Shown: one piece after another, positions 11,587-24,700 of the stretch
Layout of the letters: each line of letters begins with the position of its first letter
How positions within the stretch are numbered: the stretch's first letter is position 1
NCBI GenBank assembly: GCA_001687465.1
Contig: LVLI01000308.1
Location: 1-64,000 of the forward strand
Length of the DNA: 64,000 bases
Direction: 5' to 3'
DNA from: Halocafeteria seosinensis
Taxonomy: Eukaryota
The notes under the pieces: model-generated
Told to the model about the DNA's origin: nothing
The model's input: the letters and a program-made list of their open reading frames with translations, nothing else
The model's database searches: none
Position numbers and translations under genes: made by a program

Positions 11587-12197
11587 GACCTGATGAAGAC
11601 TCCATCCAACTCGAAAAACACGCGCACTACGCTGTTAAACCATCGTGTACAGCCGCTGAAGGGTCTGACGCAATCAGCTGAAGCGGCAACTTCACAACTC
11701 GCCATATAGTTTGTTCGGTTCAGTTCCAAAAGTTCAGAACTTTGTTTGGATGCACCAAGCAGCATAGGTAGGTCATGAGTGATGTGACAGAGAACGCGAA
11801 AGGTGTAGCAGTGTGATGATGTATGTTTGCACAGTGGCATTCGTTCGGTTGAATACCACGGATTGCTTTGAATTGACGGGCACATGGAAGGTTGCAACAC
11901 TTCCATTTCTGAGATGCCAAAGCTCTCTCTATACATAGATAGCAGGCACGCAACTAAGCTTTTGCCAAAGATTGTTTCCTCCTTACCTTAGTAGTTGTAT
12001 TTCAGTTGCCAGCTCATACCTAGAAACACGCTTGTGGTGAGGTAACGATTCCCGACCAACTTCACAAGGCTTGTGAAGTTCCCATCGTGCGAAGAATTTT
12101 TCTCAGTCACTTGCAAGTGATATAAAGGGTTTGCATCGTTCGAAAATACATGTAGTCGTCCTAATTTGCTTGTCTTTGACCTTTCGGTTTCTTTGTC

Positions 12198-13142
12198 TTG
12201 GTGGATAGAACTGAAGCAGACGACTTCCGACGAATTGTTGGTGAAGACCGAACCAAGAAACTAATCAAGTTGGAGTTGGATGATGGATCTACCGTATGGA
12301 TTGAGCGAAAAGCGCTGAAAGGAGAGCCGGCATTGGAAGAGTGGGATGACTTGGAGGATCCCGAACAGGAAACGGAGTGCTCGCAAGAGGAATTGAACGC
12401 CTCGGTGAAGAAAATTGCAGAATGGATGCAGGAAGCGAAGCATCGAGGAATTGTCTTCCACGCCGGAGCAGGGATTTCTACTTTAAGTGGTATCCCTGAT
12501 TTTCGAGGTCCTAATGGTCTTTGGACCAAAGCGAGATCCGACATCACCGAGTTTGACCTCAACAAGGTCAAGCCTTCATATACTCACTGGGCTCTTTCGG
12601 CTCTAGAGAAGGAGCACTTTATCGACGGGATCATAACTCAAAATTATGACGGCCTCTTTAAGCATGCTGGATTTCCCCAAGCGAAGATGGCAGAAGTCCA
12701 CGGCAATATCTTTATTGAATATTGCCCTACCTGCGAACGTGAGTACCACCGCAATTTCACTGTGCCCCGAGAGGACGATGCACCACCTCTACCGGAAGAC
12801 AATCGACTCAAAGGCAAGCCTTTTGATCATCGTACGGGAAGGAAGTGCGACTGTGGAGATTTTCTTCATGACCATATCGTGCACTTTACAGAGGACTTAA
12901 ACCATATTGAAAAAGCAGAGAAACTGGCCAGGGAAGCGTACCTATCGATAGTAGTTGGGACCAAGTTGCAAGTAACTCCATCTAGTGAATGGCCGTTCCT
13001 AGCGAAGAAAAGGGTGATCGTCAATTTACAAAAAACGGGAAAGGAGAGAAAAGCTCATGCCGTAGTGTTTGCACGCTCAGATAGGTTCTTCGAGGCCCTG
13101 ATGAGGGAGTTAGGCATTGAGGTGCAGGTGCCTCCTTCCTAG
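12198..13142 (+). CDS. NAD-dependent deacylase, class IV sirtuin (SIRT6/SIRT7-like); 5' end probably on an upstream exon
   Basis: GAGISTLSGIPDFRGPNGLWT, TQNYDGL, EVHGN, Zn ligands CPTC...CDC, GTKLQVTP and VIVNLQKT. A possible branch point/pyrimidine tract/AG acceptor lies at about 12161-12208. Confidence 0.9.
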   Translation: MVDRTEADDFRRIVGEDRTKKLIKLELDDGSTVWIERKALKGEPALEEWDDLEDPEQETECSQEELNASVKKIAEWMQEAKHRGIVFHAGAGISTLSGIPDFRGPNGLWTKARSDITEFDLNKVKPSYTHWALSALEKEHFIDGIITQNYDGLFKHAGFPQAKMAEVHGNIFIEYCPTCEREYHRNFTVPREDDAPPLPEDNRLKGKPFDHRTGRKCDCGDFLHDHIVHFTEDLNHIEKAEKLAREAYLSIVVGTKLQVTPSSEWPFLAKKRVIVNLQKTGKERKAHAVVFARSDRFFEALMRELGIEVQVPPS

Positions 13143-14003
13143 GGAGGAGTCAAAGAAAATTGTGCTTCCTGTCTGTAGAAGTGTTCGTCACTCTACTGGT
13201 ACTTTTTTGTGCACGAACAGATGCTGGTGACGCCGCTGATTGCACAAATCCGAAACCCAAGTGAGGTGACTAGAACTGATATAGCACCACTACAGTAAGA
13301 GTATTCGGAGCCTATGCAGTCCATTCCTCCACCTATCATCAATATAGAGCTCCAGTTGTCTAGCCTTCGACACTGTTGTTTACGTCGCATAGTCGTTCGA
13401 TTTCCCAGAGAAACCGATTTGCACATGAATGGAAACTTTCAGTTCCAGTCCACCCGGTATACGTGTCCTTGCCTCCCCCAACTTGGTAATCGCTAATTCC
13501 GCGAGCAGTTACAGTACTCCCCTCATTCATTGCTGCACCTTCAAACAACGCCATACTTTGCAGAGACTGAGGCTTGGAGATTAAATGCACCCCAGCCCTG
13601 GGTTGGCCCTTCACTGTGCTACCAGAGCGTGAGTGAAAGCGGAAGTACTCACGTTGACCATTCTGACAGGTCCGGAACATTACCTGGTATTCTGTGCCGT
13701 TAGATCAATTTCGAAGCCCTGGCCATCGGGGACTTCCACTTTGTCACTCTTTAGAGTGATGTAGCTACATATTTCTGCCATTCCTTTTGTCTTTCGTCCA
13801 AGTTAAACGACTGCGCCACGTTTCACCATCATCTACTCGAATGGGTTCAGTGTTTTCGCCGATATCTCCGCGTAGATCTCTTGTTCGTGTAGTGAGAAAC
13901 AGAAATATCATACTGGTATGGTTAATGGCGGGGCTACTAGTACTCGAGCAACGGTTAAGTCCAAAGAACAAGCTGCGACTGGAGTGTTGGTGCAGTTTCC
14001 CTC

Positions 14004-14322
14004 TGTGTATTAGTACTGCTCCTACCGGAAGACGTGTAGGCTACAGGCTACCCTACGCTTTGTGCGGGGTGAACCTCGCCCGGAACGCTCCAGCATCTTC
14101 ACGTTGTGGCGCATCACCGCGACAGAGAGTTTGGCCGTCATCAGGTTTCGAAAGTTCCTCATCTCCCTTGTTCGGTGCTTTCCTGGCAATTATCTTGAGG
14201 AACTTGATCGCGTCTTCTCCGAAGCCGTCCTTCGCCTCTATTACGAACGGGATAATTTCCGTGTGGTGGTCCCTCAAATATCCTGAATATCCGTATTTGG
14301 TCCGCTTCATCTGCGATGGTGC
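14004..14322 (-). mobile_element. Degenerate 3' fragment of a CRE-like (RLE-type) non-LTR retrotransposon (family B)
   Basis: KRTKYG...EIIPFVIEAKDGFGEDAIKFLKIIARKAP. Nucleotide similarity to 59121-59427 includes the 3' end ctacacgtcttcc.gtaggagca.tactaatacac. Confidence 0.75.
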
Positions 14323-15738
14323 ACCCTGTTGCGCGGGTGATACAAGGGAGGAGGAATATACCATGGTATTAGGGCAGCAGCAGGAGACATGCATTCAATC
14401 ACGGTATGCAATCTTCCGTCGTTGTCATTTGAGGGAAGGTTTCCTCCAGCAAGCAAGAACAAGCTGCGGAACTGCACCTAGTTTGCGTGGAGTCACGAGG
14501 AGGATGAAAGCGCAAATCAGAGTTTATTAGAGCCTGACAAGGCATTCAACCGGTTACATAGAATGCACATGCAGCTTAAGAAACGCATCGACCTCAAAAA
14601 TGGTCTCTGCCCGGCAGGCATGATGATGAATGTTGCGAGCTCTGTTTGTTCGATCGTCTCCAACCCATCTAGAAGACACTGATAGTCAGTGATAGAAGGG
14701 AAATCCTGTTATCCCCAGCTTGTCTGGTTCGGCGACACTGGTCATTCATAAGCGCTCCCCGGGGTTGAAATCCAGTGAACCTCTGTGACGTATTGCAGCA
14801 AAACGAACAACGCGACTGTTGGTTCCTTTAGAGTCCCGGGTTCTATGTGCGTTTTTCTATCCTCTGAGTTATCTGTGTACAGTTAGACTAAAGTGAGCTC
14901 TCATGCTTAGTCACAACAGCCAATTTAGAACGCAGCAATTTTGACGTCGAATTGCGTATCCCCCGTCGCATCATGGCCAAGCTGGTTTCCCTGGAAGGTG
15001 GTAAACTCGAGCTGACCCAAGTAATGGACCAATACACATGAATACACTGAAGATGAGAAGGTAAACCGAGCCAACAGACAAATCGATACTCCACCAGTGG
15101 AGGCCGTGAAAACTCGTTTGTTTCAATATGGAACTATCGGGAACTGATAATGGCCAAGCGGTCTATAACGTTGATGGGCCACAACGTGGGCGATACCCGT
15201 GAGATTGCCGCCCTAGCGGTCCGGAATTCCAGTGGCCTTGACATCTTACTCAATAGCTGAAAGCAACCGACCACCCTGACTGCTGGATGTCCTACCCACT
15301 AACTGGCTGCGAACGAGTCTGCTACCAAGTCTGAAACTAAGCTGGATAAGCCAAGGCTTTGCAGCTCAGGTTGGTAAATCGACAGGAGGAACACAGGAGC
15401 AAACCTTGTTTGGAAGGTTTGAACCCGGTGAATGACGAAGTTCCCCCCCCCCCCNGGCGCCGCGAGACAGCACGGAGTTCAACAAGGTGCGGCGTCAGGG
15501 TCGTACCGACTCGTATAGAGCTTCCACACCATTCAGTGTTGGTTATTTTCGTATTTTCGCAATGAGGGTGGCTAGATACGGAACAAATGAGTGACGTCAG
15601 TGAATAGTGCTGTTTGTATGTATGTATTGAGAGGGACGCGCGCAAGCACCCCCCCCGGTCCAATATCCCGCGGACAGCCCTAGGTCTGGCTTCTTTCAAG
15701 GCTCTCCACGACATATAGAGACAGCTGGCACCCTTACG

Positions 15739-18135
15739 ATGAATGGGAAATTACCCCAAGGCTACGGTCCCAAGGGACCGCAGAGCCTGAATGACCCACA
15801 GCCGGTGAATGAACTCACATACCCTCCTCAGGATCTGGACGATGACAGCCGTAAAGCCCTATTAGGCAAGCAAATGACCTCCAAGAAGAAAGAGTGTCTG
15901 TACACTCTTTCCTTTATTCTCCTCTTTTGTGGACTGGGCATGATCCTCGCGTCCGTATTTGTGCCGCCGTACATCCATAAACAAATTAAAGAGGGAGTAA
16001 GGAAAGCGGTGGTCCTGGATGGCCCCAATTCCGAGGGATACTCGTCCTGGGCTTCCTCAGAGGACAAGGACTCCCCCGTGATTAGCTATTATGTGTAAGT
16101 TGTCATTCTCGAAGTTCCAAACAACACGGCTGGCTGTTAGATACTGTTCTTATTCCTCCCAGATACTTGTTTAATGTCACTAACCCGGAGGAAGTGACCC
16201 ACAACGCGAGTAAGCCTATCCTAGAAGAAGTGGGTCCTATTAAATTGCGATATCGCTATCGCAAATATAACGTCAAATTTATGAATGACAACGAGATTGC
16301 AAGGTAAACGATAATTGGTTACATTGAAGTCAGAGTTGCCGCTTGGTACAAGCCTCTCTCTTCTCTATCTTACAGGTTTATGCTCTGGGAATTCTACACC
16401 ATTGATGACGATGAACCGACTCGTGATCTCTTGTTACAAAACGTGACTACAGTAAATGTACCGTTCTTAGTTACTCAGGGATTCGCCCATGACATACTAG
16501 AGTATCTTGCTTGCCGCGTACAACCGGGATTCAAGGAGGCACTCAAGGAGGCACAGTCGAAGTTGTTGGAGTCAAGAACGATTCATGTACGTGAAGTTAT
16601 TGTGGTAAATTCTTTGGAGATACTATCCGTATATTTCTGACTGTACGCTTCTTCCAGGAATTACTGTTTGGTTTCCAAAACCCGTTGATAGGCAACTTTA
16701 GTGGTAAGAGAGAGTAACACGTTCATGGCCTCGTACTTTGGGCCGCTTGACTATTTGCCTGCATTTTTGGCCATCCAGGATTATTAGGCAATGAGTCTCA
16801 AAATGCCAATAAAAACAAGGAGGAATACATTGAAATCGATACTGGTAAGTAAATGAGTTTTCTCCGTTGCAGCGTTCTGGGTCTCAGTTGAAAGATTCTT
16901 GTCTTACGCTTCAGGAAAAGCCAACGTCGACAATGCCCACCAATACCGTATTTGGAACAACTATCCCAGTATAAAATGTCTCCCTGGACGACTCACCCCA
17001 CTTGGAGGGATTTCGGGAACAACTCCCGTTTCTGCATGGGATAATTCTCTGCCATCCACAGGATGGAAAGTCATGGGGACGAGTGGTACTCAATTCAAGC
17101 CAGGATTCACCAAGGATGATTCACCGACTGTATTCGGTAAGGGCATGTTTTTAGTTTAATTGTGTGTAGGGAACATTTTGCACACAACGGAAGAGAACTT
17201 GCTTGCAGAGGATACTATGTACCGTCACTTTACTTTGAAGTATGGAAATGTTGATCCCGAAATTAAGGGAATCACCACGTATCGCTTTCGATTGCCTCAG
17301 TCAGCAGTCCTGAATGCCTCTGCTAATCCTGATAACAGCGTTGTACGTGTATATAACATGCGCTATGGTATAATGCAGTTTGGGTTGATCGAATTGTTCT
17401 CCTTCTTTGCATTGGCAGTATTTTGCTGATGGACCCTCCGGGCTGTTGAACGTCAGTCGTTGTGAGCACAATATGTAAGGATGCCATGGTTTTCATTGGT
17501 TCCAATGTTGGGAACTGTTGATTAATGGTGGTTATTGCAGGCCTCTATTCTTTTCTCAACCATACTTTTATCAGGGGGATCCGGGGCTACGAACCAACGT
17601 CAGTTTGGACGCTTCCCCGCCCAATATGAAAGAGAAATACGACACGTGAGTGCCGTCCGATCTGATATTTTTTTGACGTTTGTTTTAACGTATGTTTCCT
17701 GGGGTGGATACGCGCTTTATTTGCAGATATCTAGATATTGAACCCCACAGTGGAACCCCGTTTCGAGTTTCTGAGAGACTGCAACTCAATGCAAAAATCT
17801 CGCATGGACTCTGCTACGATTGTGGCTCTGGGAAGACCTACACGTGCTTCCCGAACACACTGAATGGGACATATTTGCCTTTGATGTGGCTATGGAAGCA
17901 TGGAGAAATCCCTGATCATTTAGCAAACAAGTTCAAAGACGGGGTATACAGGAACCAGAAGATTGCTACTGGAGTCCTCTATGGTGGCTACAGCGCCGGA
18001 GGCTTGCTCTGTGTCATAGCATTTCTGGTCATATGGTGTGTTTCCCGTCATCGTACTATATCTCCATCCAGCACCTCTAAGAAGTGGGAGGAGTCTTTAT
18101 ACAATGATGGCGCACTTTGTCAATCTCTGCTCTAA
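15739..18135 (+). CDS. CD36 / scavenger receptor class B (LIMP-2-like) protein, 10 exons
   Basis: N- and C-terminal TM helices; YLFNVTNPEE, LEEVGP, GTSGTQFKP, PSGLLNVSRC and YLDIEPHSGTP motifs. Introns 16095-16162, 16304-16375, 16587-16657, 16704-16778, 16845-16914, 17137-17208, 17343-17418, 17475-17540 and 17646-17726. Confidence 0.9.
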
Positions 18136-18352
18136 CGAGACACTTCTGGTGCGGGAAGTTACAAGTGCCACTCCCCTAGTTATTACTTGTAGGGTTGGTT
18201 TGGTGTTTTGAAAATAAAAATACATGTCTGACTTTCTGCATGCATGTATGGATGCTGAGAGCAAACCCACCGAATAAGGTTACATAACATGATTGATCTC
18301 TCTGGGATAGTTCGCTAACCTACCTACCTACAACGGAGGAAGTACTGTAGTT

Positions 18353-19043
18353 ATGGCAAGCCCCAGTGGCGATGTATCTTCCCGTCCCCCGGCAGCCTCT
18401 CCCTTTTTAGGAAGCCATCGTAAAGCTTCCTCGAGCCAACATGGCGTGGAACTGCATCCCACCGTGGCGCCTTCGGCTAGTACCATGAACACGACCTCCT
18501 CTTCCACCAGGGACCGACGCAGCTCTTCGTCAGCCATATTACAAGGCTCTTCTCGAGGCAAACACGGCGAGGACAGCAACATCATACATACTAATGGTGC
18601 TAGTAGTGGGGGTGAAAAATTACCAGAGACGACGACAGCTTCCTCCTCGGGAGGAGACGTGGAAGACAGTGTGATTCTGACTTATATACACGGCGATAGC
18701 AAGGACAAACAGCAAGACGATAGGCAGACTTCTTCCTCCACGCCGGAAGGCGCCGCCTCCTCCGGAGGCAGCGCTCTTCAACACCATGCCCAGTTTGTGA
18801 GCAATCGGACGGGAGACAGCAAGGAAGACTACTCGACACAGCACCACAGGAAGAGGCGCATTCTGCAGAAGTATGCGCAGTCCAAGAAAGGAACGGCAAA
18901 GCAGGAGTTCCAGAGCTCAGACGCCCTGGCAGATGCACAAGTCCCCTCGCGCCTGAATTATCGACCTCTTGGAGAACGAACAGCCGTGCTGAATGTACGT
19001 AGGAGGCACATATGCACGAAGTTGACAGATGGATTATTTATTG

Positions 19044-19094
<51 letters not shown>

Positions 19095-20187
19095 GCTGTG
19101 GGCCCACAACACGATTCTACTGTGAGTCGTCCAAATTATGAGGATGTCTTGAAACGAGTCAGTATTGTTATCTACCAGCATATACGACGAGGTGAACAGC
19201 AGTGTTCGGGACAGGCTCCATGGGACGCATCCCCAGCACTGAGTTCCTCTGGAGACTACGCTTCATCATCAGCCAAGAAAGCCTCACAGTCGCGGCAGCA
19301 GTACCAGCCTCCTGCGTTTGGCGATGATGATCAATGTATGACTGCGTTAGATATTGGAGAAGGAACCTCTGAGTATGATGAGGATACGTATCAGGGAGAC
19401 GAAGATTCCGACTCAGATACCAGCTCGATCGATCCACTAGATCCATGGGATGATCTTGCAGAACTCTACTACAACATATCGGCTCCTCCTACAAATGGCT
19501 TGAATGAAGCGACACTAATTTTTGATGAAGCTAAATATTTGGAATCGCAAATGTATGTAATGTCTTCCCATTATCCGCAGGTGACGTCTGCTTGGAATGT
19601 TGGAGCTCTGGTAAGAAGAATCGCCGGTATTTCGTTTTGTTATCTGGCGTAACATCTTTTTAATGCGACTTCGTATGTTTTGCTTTATTCGACAGATTGG
19701 AAGTCATATATATGTTACTCCAACTGGCAATGATATTTATGACTTCGCCTATCGCATCTTCTCTCGCGCGCATCTAACACCGGAATGTAGCATCGTTTGC
19801 CTGATATATATTGAACGGTTAATGTTTGAATGTGATGTTATCCTTCTCTCCAGAAACTGGCGACCTATTGTCATATGTGGACTGCTGCTGGCAAGCAAGG
19901 TTTGGCAAGATATTGGGGCGCTGAATCGCGAATTCTCTGACGCGTTCCCTGAGTTCCCTCTGGCGTCTATAAGTTGGATGGAGCAGGAGTTTGTTCGATT
20001 GCTGAAGTTCGACCTCTGCATCTCCGGCAGCGTTTACGCCAAATACTACTTTGCTCTGCGAGCTCTCCCAGAGAAACGAAACTTCCGTCGACGATATGTC
20101 AACCTGTTTGCCAATTACGCTCCTGGACAAAACGCAATCGAGGAGAAAAGCATGAATCTGGAGGCTCTGTATTCTAAGAGCATGTAA
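18353..20187 (+). CDS. Cyclin Y-like protein with long disordered N-terminus
   Basis: ECSIVCLIYIERL, NWRPIVICGLLLASKVWQD and SVYAKYYFALR motifs. Introns 18995-19094 and 19611-19695. Confidence 0.88.
19044..19091. repeat. (TA)n(TG)n compound microsatellite ending at the splice acceptor of cyclin Y intron 1
   Basis: Read directly from the sequence; followed immediately by cag at 19092-19094. Confidence 0.95.
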
Positions 20188-20930
20188 ATGACTGTAATGC
20201 AGTTGCCAAACCATAATATACATTGTATTGCTACGTTTCTTCCTCCTTCAACAGGTCTGATGAAGTTACTCCGGACTTTACATGTTGCCTTTATGGAATC
20301 TACAACGTACACTGCCTTAGAGGATCATTTTGAAACAGTTTTGAACTTCGCACAATGAAAATGCCATGTTCGAAGTACTCTGGTGCATCGTACGTGTTAC
20401 AAGGATGGACCGTTCCGGCTTGTTGCGGGAGCTGGTTTTGCCGGTCATGTCCCATCTGGATGGAAGTTCCCGGCTTGTGCGGGATCTGGTCATGCCCCGC
20501 GGAGACTGTCTGGTCTGACGCCGTGCCTTTCACCATCCGCGAACTGGTGTTCACCACAAGTCATGAATTCTCTAGATTGTTTTCCTGCTGGAACTTAACT
20601 TGGTAATGAGTAATCTGCACTCTTTTCCTATACCTTGGTACAGAGTGTATACCGTGTTTAGTCCCTCCTGTTGTCCTCTTGGCGTTGGGTAACGCCTATC
20701 GCACTACTTTTACTTTTGGAAAATCCCCCATTTCTTCCCTTTTATACATTTGTTCTGCATATTTAAGCGATAATATTCACTAGCGATTTTGTTAGCACTC
20801 TTTGGTCTGGGTTGTCCGCAGAAGCATACCTGCAGCGGACAGCAAGAGTGAGTTGTCGAAATTGGCTACCACCGCAACAATTATTATAAGCTATCCGCAG
20901 GACCAGAACCGCTGTCCCTTAGCAAACGGG

Positions 20931-21464
20931 ATGACGTTGCTCCTATACAGACGAAGACCCTTCGAAGCACAGACAGTGTTCTTGCTAGCCGTCTTAATGG
21001 TAGCACTTGTTCGCTGTCACTGTGTACGACTTGATGGACTGGCGGACGTAGCAACGGACTTTCGCCATGGGAAAGCGGACCGTGCCGGTGACATGTACGG
21101 GGCTGAAACAAGGGCTACCGACTACAGTGATAGGTATTGCGGCATTGATGCTAATGATTGCTGTAGTTTTAAGTAAGTCTGATTCTTGAAAAAATGTCAC
21201 TTGTGCTCTCGGAATGACTTAGATGGCGGTATGTACTTCGCCTGATTCTTGCAGTGCTTTGTCGGAAGGTAACACAGCTAGGAGCGAGATGGGTGTTTCC
21301 CATAGCAAACCACCCGATAGTGAACAAGGTATTGATCCCTGCGACACTGGACCTACGTACCGGTATGCCAAACGCTGGGTCGGCATCGATCTAAGACCGC
21401 CCAAGGAATCAGTGAATATGTTGGGAACTAGTGTTATTGATGATGCGGAACTCTTCGAAAACTT
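20931..21464 (+). CDS. Two putative exons of a secreted protein, or alternative 5' exons of the giant gene
   Basis: ATG 20931 is followed by hydrophobic VFLLAVLMVALVRC. A frame-compatible intron lies at 21173-21254 and a donor gtaagt at 21465. Downstream linkage is unresolved. Confidence 0.4.
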
Positions 21465-21766
21465 GTAAGTTTCTCATTACAGGAAAGTCAAAGTGACAGT
21501 TTACTACGTGAGCACTGTGACCCAGACTCTTAGACAACAATTATCAGGTTAGCACTAACAAATTCCACCTGGAGTCCAGGAACCTTGAAGGGGTAGCTCA
21601 AACTGGCTGCTCATTAGGGGATAGCATCCCTAGTGTATGCAGTTGGGTGTACATGCAATCCCCAACGCCAACGAAGAAATATTCGCGGTACTCGAGAAAG
21701 CAATTTTCTAACACTCTTAGGGATGCTTCGAGGGCGAAACGAGCACACCTGCCGCTTTGCTCCATT

Positions 21767-24700
21767 ATGTTGTTTAGGTTTTTCTTGTTAAACCCGACAA
21801 TTTCACCAACAACGCGACTTTTGTTCACTCCTTCTAGCAGAAAGTCAACAAAGTCGTTCTTTATCCTTATATTGCTGGTTGCCTCATTTAGTGCTTTGGT
21901 AGGAGTTGAAGGGGTGACCGAACTAAATATAAGCACATGCTGCGAGTGCAAGAAAGAGTCAGATGGGAGCGATATTGATTGTGATGAAGTCGGGACTCCC
22001 AAGATTCTGATACATTGCAATTGCGATACTGGTGATAGTAATACGAACAGCATGTAAGTTCTAATTAGTTCAGTTGCATTTCAGGAGATTTTTTGCATGT
22101 CTATAGTGGTTCATGCTTTGTCTGTTACAGCGATTTTAGTGACCACAACCTAACTGCGATTGAGGAGAATGCTTTCGACGACATCCAATGTGATGGAAGT
22201 TCTTGTAACATAGAAGTGATGTATGTGCCGGTGCCGATGCAGGACCGACCAATTCCCGGTATTATTTAGTTTCATGATTGTGCCTGCTGCAGTCATCTTG
22301 AGGGTAACAGTCTAAGGACACTGCCTGACGATCTATTTAAGAAGTTGTTGGATTCGTTGGTCGAATTGTACGCTTATTGCGCCGTCCTCGTTTGTGGCTA
22401 TGACATTTTTACCATACACTGGCACCGCAGACGGCTAAATTCGAATAACTTGGAAAACATACCCAGGGATAGCTTTATTACAGACAGTGGTAATCTTCAA
22501 TGCTTCGACATTCTGTAAGTGTTGCTTGATTTTGATAACTAAAGACCCAGAATGTTCACAAGTTTTCCGTTGTTCAGCCATTTGGATGAAAACCCTGGAT
22601 ATGACCAATCAAACTGTGGACAATCCTTCACGGAATTTGAAGTGGTTGCTGAAACTGACAGTAGTGGTTGCACATCAGTAGAATTTTGTGCTTACGTAGC
22701 CACCCCAACTCCTTCTCCAACGGGCACACCAACCAGTTCTCAGTCCTCGACTGGGACGCCTTCCAACACAGGTACTCCCACGCAGACATCAACTCCTTCG
22801 TCCACAGTCACGCCTACTGGTTCCAGCACGTCAACTCCAAGTGAGACACCTACCACAAGCAACACAGGCACTCCTTCACAAACTGGAACTCCTTCCGTTA
22901 CTGGAACTCCGTCTCAGACTGGGACTCCGACTCCTTCGGAGACCATGACTGGCACACCGTCTGTAACGGCAACGTCCTCGGAGACTCCATCGACTACTAC
23001 GACTGCTACTATTTCTCCGGGGTTTCTCATACCCTGTAACTTTTTACTCGATTTGCCCCAGCATGAACCTAACCACGGGCGTGAGTGTAGTTTTGACGAC
23101 CGATTTCTGTTAGTACCTGAAGGTGAAAGCTGCTACTTGGAAGAGGGTGTGTATGAGACAGATATTATGTGTATTGCCGGCAATCTCACAATTCTAGGGA
23201 ATGCCACTATTCGGGCGCAACGCCATATGCATGTTCTGGAAGGGGGGATTATTGATGGGTTAGGCCGCGGACGGGAGGCAGGAACTTACGATCCTCTTTG
23301 TGCTCCTGTAATCTCTGATGAGTCATGTGGTGGAGGAAATGGAGGAGATGGAGCTGGCGGCTGCCATGAGGGATGCGGAGATTTTATGTATCCGCGTCAT
23401 CCTGGCAACGGTGGTTTTGGGAGTTCCGCTGGTGCCGGCGGAGCAGCGTTGACCCTCCAAGCTAATGAGACCGAGGAAACATTTATCCAGATCGATGGAG
23501 ACGTTACAATGGATGGTTCTGCTGCTCTCACTGGGAAGAGTGGTGGAGGTGCTGGAGGTTCTTTTCTTGCGATTACCTCTAGGTTCGAGGGAATGGGGAC
23601 AGTGAGTGCGAACGGAGGTGATGGTGGTCCGGATGATGGAAGTGGTGGAGGCGGTGGCGGTCGAATCTCTGTCTTTACCCTAGACTATCCCTTTTCCGGG
23701 GCTCTACGTGCACGTGGAGGAAATACAGGTGTTGCTGGTGCGCCGGGAACTATTTTCTTACAGAACATATCAATGTCAAGTTTGGCACTTGGAGTGCGGC
23801 ACGAAGGTACACCATCCGGGCTGTTTACCCGAATCGTTTCGGCTAGCGGGGGAGTGAGGTATATAGATCATATGTCGTTGGGGGAGGATGGAAGAGTGTC
23901 GTTTGACGATGCCTTGAATGAGGAGCCGTCTCATGTAGTAGTTGACGTGTTGACTTGGTTCCCTAATGAACCAGCGCTCGTTCGCGCTGGACGCAACAGT
24001 ACTGCAACGTTCCTAGCTGATGGTATTGGGGGAGAGTCCAGTTGCTTTAACGCCTCTAACCTAAGCCTCCTTATAGCAGAGGAAGGCTCTTGCTCACTAC
24101 CGGTGTGCGTTCTAGCTGACAACGTTGAATGGACCGTCAACGGAACCCTCAAAGGGGTGTCAGTGTTGAGTCTAGACACCAGTGATCTGTATCTATCCTC
24201 CTCGGGTCAAGCCTTTGCGAGTGATGGTGCCGCGGCACCGGGATATTATTTGTTTGAGGAGATACACAGTGCAGCATCAACTATTCATTCTTTATCTTCA
24301 GGCATTGTAGTGGAAGCAACGGAAGACATCGTGCACTTATCACATGCATCTAGAATCCTTTTCAATGGGATCCTTCGGATTATAGCAGCCGGTACCTTCA
24401 GACTTGATGATGGGAGTGAGGTGAATGGGGCAGGCACAGGAAAGAGCGCGTCGAAAGCAATTTCCGATTGCACGGTTGCCGTTTGGCCTCAGGGTGGCGC
24501 TTATGGGGGATTTGAGGGTAATGGTACTCATGGCTCCTGTGGTTCCCTTGTGTGGCCCGTTCTACCCGGCAATGGTGGTGCTGGTGTCGACGAGGGAGGA
24601 AGCGGGGGAGGTTCTCTCCAAATCGAAGCTTTTGAGGTGATAATTGACGGCATCCTAAATTCGAATGGAGACGAGGGTTTATCTGACGAGTCGGACTGTA

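Noticed and set aside
20406..20498. Short imperfect duplication (ccggcttg.gcggga.ctggt) with small ORFs on both strands
   Set aside because: Only two degenerate units and no recognisable product.
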